From: Halomicronema hongdechloris C2206
GTDB taxonomy: Bacteria; Cyanobacteriota; Cyanobacteriia; Phormidesmidales; Phormidesmidaceae
NCBI RefSeq assembly: GCF_002075285.3
Contig: NZ_CP021983.2
Location: 1,350,001-1,382,000 of the forward strand
Direction of reading: 5' to 3'
Length of the DNA: 32,000 nucleotides
Position numbers and translations under genes: made by a program. Numbering within the stretch: the stretch's first letter is position 1; each line of letters starts with the position of its first letter. The notes beneath the pieces were generated by a model. It was given only the letters and a program-made list of their open reading frames with translations, was not told where the DNA came from and searched no databases. This document shows, in pieces, positions 25,490 to 32,000 of the stretch.

Positions 25490-27922
25490 CTAATTATTGT
25501 CAGTTTTTTTGTGGCTTCGTTTTTCAATTTCGGCGATTGGCAACAGTAATGTATCTACAATCTCTCGCTGGACTCCATAATTTACTGAAGCATTCCTATT
25601 TAGACAATCCATTAACAGCTTATTAGCTTCATAGTAATTCTGAAGTATTTGTTTTTGTTTCCAATTCGCTTGCCAGTTACTGCCTAGATCCCGATGATTA
25701 TCTAAAATCAAATGAATCTGCCGTGACCAATCATCATGATTGGCTGCCCACCAGTCATCTAGATATCCCCATCGTGAGTGTTGCTCATAAGCAGGTGAGT
25801 CTTTAGATAGATAATATTCAGATGGAGGCAATAAGCTCAGAATAACATTATTTATGTACTGGTTGGTTTCTACGTCTAAAGGGTATGTACTATAAAGGCA
25901 CAGGGGTGCAGATCTCTCAAATTCTGCTTCATCGTCGGGTCGCCAATTTCGATTCGGTAAATCAGCTTTTTGAAGATGAATATTAATTTTTTTGTCCTCA
26001 AATTTATTGATAAAGAGAAAAACTGCAAAATCGTAAGTTGAACTATTGGGACGAGAGAAAAAGCCATACAGTAAGTCATATAATGAACGATATTCAGAGT
26101 TGAGATTTTGGTCGATTTTGGCAAATAGATGATTGACAGGATCATTTTCAAGGTTTTGAACAAAAGCCAGGAAAATAGCTCTCAAGGCAGCTAATTTATA
26201 ATTTTCCTTTGTAGCCTTTGCTTTATGAGATATCCATGATAGAAACGAGTTTATTTCAAGCTCATTAGCAACTAATTTATCTATATAATTTTTCATTGAG
26301 GCTAACAAATTGTTTGCGTCAGACAGTAGCTCGATCGTAAGAAGAAACACCTCTTGCCAGTGCTTGTTAATGCACTGAATGCTCATATTTTCAAAGTCTT
26401 TTGTTGCACAAAACCATTGCGCTACTAAATATTCTTGAAAAGTTAGATGTGAAAATGTCCAAACCTTCTGGCTTCTCTCAAGCAATAACCCATGCTGAGC
26501 TTCGATTGCCCGCAATACCCCCCGACTCTCCCGCAACCCAATTCCCAAAAACTCCGCAATATACTCCTCAATCTCCGCTTGCTCAAACAACACATACTGC
26601 TCCTGCTCAAACTTCTTCACGGCCAGATAGCTTAATAGCCCCAGCTTCCGCTCCACCGACAAATCGCGATAAATCTCATCCCGCTCAATCTCCCGCGACT
26701 TATCCCACTGCTCCAGCAGTAACTCCAATCCTTCTTCGTAGAGTTTCGACCTCTTCGAATAAAACTTTCCCGACTGGTGAAACACTGCACAAGTCAAACT
26801 CAGCAAAATTGGAGTAATTGCCAATTCCCGAATCGACTTGTTCTCCTCCCGAAACAATTGTTCCAAAAATGCTGTTGTCTTAGCCTGACCTGCGGTGAGA
26901 TCCCCACAAACCGTCTGAAACCAATGCTCGGCAAACGCTCTTACCTGCGGCTCATTAAAATCCGCCACTTCTACGTAATCAAACCGCTCAAACCGCGACT
27001 CCTGGCTCTGCGTCCGGCATGTCACAATTATCTGCACCTGCGGATAAGCTCGCGCAAACCGCTTGATTTGCTTAGCGATTGCCTGCCCATCTGCCCCCGT
27101 CACCTCATCCAGCCCATCCAGCAGCACCAGGGATCGGCCTTCACCCAGCACCAGCCGCACAGCCTGATCCGACAACTGCCAGCATCGTTCCAAATACCGC
27201 TCTATTGAGTAACCAACTTCACGCCCATCCTCCACAAACTCCCGCAGCCGAATTAACACCGGAATTCGGTGCGTCTGCAAATTGCCCGCATTACACTCCG
27301 TCACTACCCGCTGCAAATACGTCGTCTTTCCCGAACCCGGCTTGCCCACCACCATCAGGTTGGTATCCCTGTCCAGCACCTTCAGTCCCGACACCCGTTG
27401 CCGTTCCTTACCCAAGCCCATGCGATCCAAACCGCGATAGCTGGGATTCTGGCTGAAGTCTTGCCACAGATCTACTAACTCCGATCGCCGATTGCTACTC
27501 ACCTCCTCCAGAATATTCACATCCACAAACAACTCGCCCAGTGGCACCCAACGATCCACCCCCCATAGCGGCATCGTGCCGTACAAGCGCTGAATGTCAT
27601 TGTGGATGCGCGATCGCACCTGCTGCACGAGCTCGTCTACTGACGTAACTTCTGCTGAATGAGACGGTTCTGACTTGTTTATCTCTTCTCGAATGGCTTG
27701 AGCGATCGCCTGGATATTCTCCTCCGTCAATTCGAGGCGATCGCCAATATGTATCTGCCCCAGGGCTTGCTGGATATTGACTGCGTACTTACCGACTTGC
27801 AGCACTGAAGGGGAGCAATCGCCTTCACCAAAAAAATCTCGCAGCGTTTGTAGATCAGCTTCAGTATGGTCGCCTTTAGCAATGCGCTCCAGGATAATTG
27901 GCAAATCCTCAAACTGAGCCAT
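25490..27922 (-). CDS. NACHT (STAND) NTPase with the N-terminal GKY...IGDR motif and a C-terminal all-helical domain of the type common in cyanobacterial NACHT proteins
   Basis: 810-aa ORF with ATG at 27920-27922. Walker A is GKPGSGKTT (27323-27346) and Walker B is LVLLDGLDEV. It also has TPILLSLTCAVF and FSHLTFQEYLVA (about 26429-26450). The C-terminal end QNYYEANKLLMDCLNRNASVNYGVQREIVDTLLLPIAEI matches a recurrent cyanobacterial NACHT C-terminal helical module, from memory. Confidence 0.85.
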   Translation of the reverse strand: MAQFEDLPIILERIAKGDHTEADLQTLRDFFGEGDCSPSVLQVGKYAVNIQQALGQIHIGDRLELTEENIQAIAQAIREEINKSEPSHSAEVTSVDELVQQVRSRIHNDIQRLYGTMPLWGVDRWVPLGELFVDVNILEEVSSNRRSELVDLWQDFSQNPSYRGLDRMGLGKERQRVSGLKVLDRDTNLMVVGKPGSGKTTYLQRVVTECNAGNLQTHRIPVLIRLREFVEDGREVGYSIERYLERCWQLSDQAVRLVLGEGRSLVLLDGLDEVTGADGQAIAKQIKRFARAYPQVQIIVTCRTQSQESRFERFDYVEVADFNEPQVRAFAEHWFQTVCGDLTAGQAKTTAFLEQLFREENKSIRELAITPILLSLTCAVFHQSGKFYSKRSKLYEEGLELLLEQWDKSREIERDEIYRDLSVERKLGLLSYLAVKKFEQEQYVLFEQAEIEEYIAEFLGIGLRESRGVLRAIEAQHGLLLERSQKVWTFSHLTFQEYLVAQWFCATKDFENMSIQCINKHWQEVFLLTIELLSDANNLLASMKNYIDKLVANELEINSFLSWISHKAKATKENYKLAALRAIFLAFVQNLENDPVNHLFAKIDQNLNSEYRSLYDLLYGFFSRPNSSTYDFAVFLFINKFEDKKINIHLQKADLPNRNWRPDDEAEFERSAPLCLYSTYPLDVETNQYINNVILSLLPPSEYYLSKDSPAYEQHSRWGYLDDWWAANHDDWSRQIHLILDNHRDLGSNWQANWKQKQILQNYYEANKLLMDCLNRNASVNYGVQREIVDTLLLPIAEIEKRSHKKTDNN

Positions 27923-28119
27923 ACGTGACGAATCCCGTCAACTTTGAAATACAACAGCGAAAGCTGCCTGAATCATAGCCTTTTGCCCGCTTTGCCGTGA
28001 CTCCGATGGTTTGTGAAGTGGCGCATTGCTTATTGGACAGAGTGCGATCGTGACATTCCATTTTAGAGCAACTATGAAGTTCGGAAAACACAGCGGACCT
28101 ACTCAGGTACAGTGCTGAG

Positions 28120-30417
28120 CTACTTTAGGGGCATGGTGGCAAAATGCTCTTGCACGAGCTTATGAATAAATCGATAGCGCCCGCCAACGCGCTGCAATAA
28201 GAGACGCTCTGTGCAGTGGTTGAGGAAGCGAGCGTAGTTCCAAGGACCATTTTCACTTCTGAAGAGCAACAACCTAAGCACGAAATGCTGAATAAGAGGC
28301 CATCCAATTGATGCAAAACTCATTAAAAATCCACAAATTGCTCCAAAAAAAACTATTTTCGGAACCTCTCTGGCAATAATATTCGAGTCTGGGCTGAGGA
28401 AAACAAATCCAAAAACAAATAGCCCAAGTAAAGCATTAAATAAAAAACATGAGGCTAGAAGTAGTTTCAGATTTTGACGAATTCCATGATTGGGATAAAT
28501 CTTGAATTCTATGGGCTTCCTTAGGCCTTTAAATACTCCAAACATAATCCCAAAAACCATCCATAATGCTGCCATCACAAAGATCCAAACAAAAAACATA
28601 CTGAATAAATCAAATAATTGTGTTCCTACGATTGATCCTCCATCGTGCTGAGGTGATTTAATGACAAAAAGTCGAGGTGAGTAAAGCCATGCAAATAAGG
28701 CAGTTACTAAGCTCACAAGACCAAAGCCGGCACCTGATAATGAGCCCAAGAGCACCCATTTTTTTAGCAGCCTTGGTTTGATTTCTCGAATAGAAAAGGC
28801 TTCAGTAAACTCAATGCTAGTTTGACTATTCTTGAATCCCAAGTAAAAACCTGCCATAGATGCTAACAAAGCCCCCCCCAAAGCCGCACGAATGAAGGTG
28901 AAATGCATAAGCTCAGCCAATGTTACCGAAATTCTTGCATTGGAAGAAGAAGAGACTCCCCAGAGAATGGTTGAGGTTTCAGGAGAAATCGAAGTTAACA
29001 AGCCAAAAAGTAGCAAGGATAAGAAATAGTGAATCGAACCAGTAAATACACTAAACAGAATGGAAGTTGTCAATATATATTTTCTGTGCTGGTTTGGTTT
29101 TAAAGTGCTTGCCTGTACTTCTTCAATTGAAAAATCATCAATAAAAGACTTGCCAAGCATTTGTGCAAGCCATACAAGCTGTAATCGAATTGTCTTAGCT
29201 GTAGGATGGCTACCTATTAAATAGTCCTTACTATTTATGACTTCATGAAGTCGTCGTTCCACATAAGCGTCCAGCAAGTACTCCATCCTGGCTTGGGTGG
29301 TTTGCTTTTGCTGCCAACGTTCTGGCTCTATACCATCATTGGCAAGTAAGGCCACACTCAACAGTAGTGGCGTGCGTACCAAAGCGAGGAGTTCTGCATC
29401 CTGGCACAGGGTTTCCCACAAGTCCTGACGGCTTAATGAGGTCAGGTAGCTTTGCAATTGCTCATCGGTCAGAGGTTCCAGGCAAATGGCTCCATTGAGT
29501 TCCAGTTTGGTATCGTACAGGTCGTATTCTTCCATGCGGCTGCACACCAGCATCCCCGTTGGCCCCTCCCCAGATCGCAACCATTCGTTGATTGCTTGCA
29601 CCACAGATTCTTGTCGCTCAGGGGGCAGTTCATCTAGACCATCGAGTAAGGGCAGCAACGTTTTCTGCGTTAGCCAGGATTTCCCCAGCTTGGGCGACAC
29701 CCCGTACTTCAGCCTGAGTTCGTTCACCAGCCAGTCTGTCAAGCTCTGCTTCGCACTTTGCCAGGACGACAGGTTTACCATCACCGGAATCGGCTGTTCT
29801 GGGTCATCATTCGCCCGCTGAATCAGCACCGCCGCCAGATCCAGCATGGTGGTGGTTTTGCCAGCGCCGGGGTTACCCAGAATCAGCAACCTGCCTCCCA
29901 CCTCCCGCCGATCAAACACCTCAGCAACGTGAGTCCCTGGGGGTAGTTGCTTGGGCTTCCGGTCAGCAGTACGAATCTGGCTATCCCAGGGACGGCTCAC
30001 CTGGGTGCGGTCTTCGGCCATATCGAGCCGCACCAGAATGGCATTGTGTAGCGACTGTCGCAAGCGATCTTCTACCTCTGTCCATACGGCAGCAATCAGC
30101 GTTTTTTCGTTGCCGTCCTTACGGGTGGGTTGCGGCTGCGTTTCTGGCAATCCATAAAAGTAGGCGCTTGAGGCTGCCAGCACCTCCTGCAATACCAGTT
30201 TTAAGGTTTCTGCATCCATCCCCTGATGAATCACCACCCGGTTGTTATCACCCAAGATGTTGTCACTTCCCGTGACAATCTTTGCGCCAGTTGCATCGCG
30301 GGCGATCGCCACCGCTCCCTGACCAGACGCACTGACCTCCGCCAGTAGCGCCTGAAGGTTTTCCTGAGGGAGCTCCTTCAGTGCCGCTTTCAGGTTTTCC
30401 AGGCTATCTGACATCAA
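28120..30417 (-). CDS. NACHT (STAND) NTPase with an N-terminal Gly/Asn-rich motif and a roughly 6-helix transmembrane block inserted before the terminal winged-helix motif
   Basis: The ORF track starts at TTG 30415-30417; ATG at 30412-30414 is the more likely start, 8 nt after the caspase stop. Walker A is GNPGAGKTT (29854-29877) and Walker B is LLPLLDGLDELP, followed by RTPLLLSVALL. Hydrophobic segments span aa ~447-718 (nt 28264-29079). The final 36 aa contain the canonical GGRYRFIHKLVQEHFA motif. Confidence 0.8.
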   Translation of the reverse strand: MMSDSLENLKAALKELPQENLQALLAEVSASGQGAVAIARDATGAKIVTGSDNILGDNNRVVIHQGMDAETLKLVLQEVLAASSAYFYGLPETQPQPTRKDGNEKTLIAAVWTEVEDRLRQSLHNAILVRLDMAEDRTQVSRPWDSQIRTADRKPKQLPPGTHVAEVFDRREVGGRLLILGNPGAGKTTTMLDLAAVLIQRANDDPEQPIPVMVNLSSWQSAKQSLTDWLVNELRLKYGVSPKLGKSWLTQKTLLPLLDGLDELPPERQESVVQAINEWLRSGEGPTGMLVCSRMEEYDLYDTKLELNGAICLEPLTDEQLQSYLTSLSRQDLWETLCQDAELLALVRTPLLLSVALLANDGIEPERWQQKQTTQARMEYLLDAYVERRLHEVINSKDYLIGSHPTAKTIRLQLVWLAQMLGKSFIDDFSIEEVQASTLKPNQHRKYILTTSILFSVFTGSIHYFLSLLLFGLLTSISPETSTILWGVSSSSNARISVTLAELMHFTFIRAALGGALLASMAGFYLGFKNSQTSIEFTEAFSIREIKPRLLKKWVLLGSLSGAGFGLVSLVTALFAWLYSPRLFVIKSPQHDGGSIVGTQLFDLFSMFFVWIFVMAALWMVFGIMFGVFKGLRKPIEFKIYPNHGIRQNLKLLLASCFLFNALLGLFVFGFVFLSPDSNIIAREVPKIVFFGAICGFLMSFASIGWPLIQHFVLRLLLFRSENGPWNYARFLNHCTERLLLQRVGGRYRFIHKLVQEHFATMPLK

Positions 30418-30422
30418 ACCAC

Positions 30423-31469
30423 TTACTCCTTGTCAGCTTGATCAGCACCAAAAGTGTCACCAATGTGCAAACCCTGGATATTGTCTCCCATGCTGATGTT
30501 GTACTTACCTTTTTGATTCACAGTCTGCACTCGGTTATTGTTGCCAACGATGTTGCCCTGTCCAGTAACAATCGTTGCCCCCTGCGCGTTCTGAACCGCA
30601 ACTGCGCCATCTCCTGAAGCTGCGATCGTGGTTTGAATCATTTGGCCGTTCAATTCACCAGGCTGTGACTCAATCCGAGGCTTGGATGCTAACTCAGGCG
30701 GCAGGCCCTTCGGCTGCAGATCGCCTCCGGCATAGTACGCCAGCACAAAGTTATCGGCCTTCTCAATGTCCAGCACAGGGTGTTGTTTATCGCTGGTCAA
30801 TGTCGGCACAATGCGGCTGGCATACATCGCTAAATCCGTCGCCCGAATGTAGCCATCTTGCTGGGTGGCTCCTTCCCCACATAATCCCTTCATCAGGGCA
30901 TAGGTAAAGGCACTGTAGGGTTCTCCGGCATAGGACAACTCATCTGGCCGTGAGGAGCCAATCATGATGCGTCCGCCTCCTTTGGCAAACATCCTTTGCG
31001 CTTCCGGCGGCAGCGGAGCTTTGGTCGCTGCAAAGGCAGAGACATCACTTAATCCGCCAGCATGGCAGCAATCCAGCATCACCAGCAGTTTCTGCGCCGG
31101 AATCTCGCGCAGGTAATCCACAAACTCACTGCCGCTAATGGCGGTCTCATCCAAAGCTTCAGTGTTGTAGCCGTAGGGCATTAAAAAATAAGACTTAAAC
31201 GGCTTTTGCAGTTGGTGGCCATGTCCTGAGAAATAAATCAGCACCGTCGAATCGTCGTCGGTTGAATTCGCTAAGGTCTCCAAAGTTTGCAAAATCTGGC
31301 TGCGGGTTGCCTTTTCCCCCGTAAGGAAATGCACCTGGCTTTCTGGATAGGCACAGCGCTCGGGGTCTTGCAGAACCTTCGCCAGACCTTTAGCATCGGT
31401 GGCGGTAGTCGGCAAATCGCCACCGACTCCAATCACGCAAGCATGCCCTTGTTCAAAAAGGTGACTCAT
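30423..31469 (-). CDS. Caspase-like peptidase C14 (orthocaspase/metacaspase-like) with a C-terminal Gly/Asn-rich motif tail
   Basis: 348-aa ORF with ATG at 31467-31469. The His-Cys dyad context is LIYFSGHGHQ and VMLDCCHAGG. The C-terminal ~70 aa are non-protease: AASGDGAVAVQNAQGATIVTGQGNIVGNNNRVQTVNQKGKYNISMGDNIQGLHIGD. Confidence 0.85.
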   Translation of the reverse strand: MSHLFEQGHACVIGVGGDLPTTATDAKGLAKVLQDPERCAYPESQVHFLTGEKATRSQILQTLETLANSTDDDSTVLIYFSGHGHQLQKPFKSYFLMPYGYNTEALDETAISGSEFVDYLREIPAQKLLVMLDCCHAGGLSDVSAFAATKAPLPPEAQRMFAKGGGRIMIGSSRPDELSYAGEPYSAFTYALMKGLCGEGATQQDGYIRATDLAMYASRIVPTLTSDKQHPVLDIEKADNFVLAYYAGGDLQPKGLPPELASKPRIESQPGELNGQMIQTTIAASGDGAVAVQNAQGATIVTGQGNIVGNNNRVQTVNQKGKYNISMGDNIQGLHIGDTFGADQADKE

Positions 31470-31652
31470 TTCTGTTTGCCCTCAACTGGAAAATCCTTCG
31501 AGTCTTCCGCCATTATGACCTCGCCGCTAAGAAGGGTTAGCGTTTTTTAGCAATAAAATTTAGTCTTACGATGACTTAGCCATGTTTTTTTGCAGGCAGG
31601 AGTCGTGAGCTGTAGTCATAACAATTGAGATCGCCCTTCAACCCATCTCCCC

Positions 31653-32000
31653 ATGAAACTCCATCCCACTCCCTGGCTGAGCCTGACACTCTCCCTGCTG
31701 GGCTGCCTCCCGGCCCAACCCAGTTTGGCCCAAACAACTGTTATCGTTACCCCTGAAGCCCTGACGGCAACCGGAATGCGCGGGGAAGCTGAACCGGCAA
31801 TCCGAACTTTGGCGATTCGAGCAACTGAGCCCGTAACCGATTTGCAAATCCACACTCTGGATTTGTACAGTCGCGATCGCGATCGAGTTTTCCCCCAAGC
31901 CCTGATTACCGTTCCCACGACCATCAGCTCAGTTGAGGTAGGTACCCTGACCACTTTGCCAGTTGCGTTTAATCTGCAGGCTGCTCCCAGTGGTGAATTT
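31653..32000 (+). CDS. Secreted or lipoprotein-like hypothetical protein, 5' part; the ORF runs off the window
   Basis: ATG at 31653 opens a frame that stays open to the window end (116 codons). The N-terminus MKLHPTPWLSLTLSLLGCLPAQPSLAQ looks like a signal peptide with a possible lipobox (LLGC). It is absent from the ORF track, presumably because no stop lies within the window. Confidence 0.5.
   Translation, partial: MKLHPTPWLSLTLSLLGCLPAQPSLAQTTVIVTPEALTATGMRGEAEPAIRTLAIRATEPVTDLQIHTLDLYSRDRDRVFPQALITVPTTISSVEVGTLTTLPVAFNLQAAPSGEF

Noticed and set aside
25432-25626. 64-aa plus-strand ORF between the convergent 874-aa and 810-aa NACHT genes; also the 60-aa ORF at 27909-28091
   Set aside because: The first overlaps the 3' end of the 810-aa gene in AT-rich sequence. 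The second sits in a promoter-sized gap. Neither has motifs or a ribosome-binding site. I also found no convincing hairpin terminator in 25426-25489.
31525-31548. Terminator-like hairpin on the plus strand (CGCTAA-gaaggg-TTAGCG followed by TTTTTT) in the caspase/secreted-protein divergent region
   Set aside because: The stem is only 6 bp with 3 G:C pairs. No plus-strand gene lies upstream for it to terminate. On the minus strand it lacks a trailing U-run. It could belong to a leader or small RNA, but sequence alone does not support a call.
31616-31954. Two minus-strand ORFs (112 aa and 86 aa) at the right edge
   Set aside because: They overlap the plus-strand ORF starting at 31653, which has a convincing signal peptide. 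The minus-strand translations are Arg/Ser/Gly-rich shadows.
1-32000. Scan for CRISPR arrays, rRNA or tRNA genes, transposases/IS elements, integrases and methyltransferases
   Set aside because: I saw no regularly spaced direct repeats, no tRNA- or rRNA-like sequence, and no DDE, tyrosine- or serine-recombinase or SAM-methyltransferase motifs in any long ORF. Absence is judged by eye only.

Overview
No searches were run; all calls come from reading the sequence and recalling motifs. The DNA looks cyanobacterial: the HIP1 octamer GCGATCGC recurs throughout, and NACHT/HEAT/orthocaspase families are present. It reads like a plasmid or mobilisable element. The core holds a ParM-like actin-fold ATPase plus two small genes (11024-13074, minus), an AT-rich repeat-bearing divergent intergenic region (13075-13655), and an RHH protein with a MOBF TrwC/TraI-type relaxase-helicase (13656-16710, plus). 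Conflict-system cargo flanks both sides. The left flank (32-10909, minus) is a tightly coupled four-gene operon with no methyltransferase. It encodes a 1847-aa SF2 helicase with DUF1998 Zn module and Vsr/DUF559-like domain, a GmrSD-like DUF262/DUF1524 protein, a UvrD-like helicase with a RelE/ParE-like N-terminus, and a short sacsin/MORC-like GHKL ATPase. The first two proteins share a ~90-aa domain I cannot name. The right flank (16763-31469) holds four NACHT (STAND/NLR-like) NTPases with different sensor ends: two HEAT-repeat, one helical, and one with a 6-TM block inserted in the winged-helix region. It also holds a P-loop-less coiled-coil protein, a TIR remnant and a caspase-like C14 protease. 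These proteins are linked by short Gly/Asn-rich motifs, and the caspase C-terminus carries both motif types. I read this as several sensors converging on one protease, reminiscent of effector-associated-domain or amyloid-type NLR signalling. Each NACHT gene is a compositional mosaic: a GC-rich, HIP1-bearing N-terminal half joined in frame to an AT-rich, HIP1-free sensor module. No rRNA, tRNA, CRISPR array or transposase was recognised.
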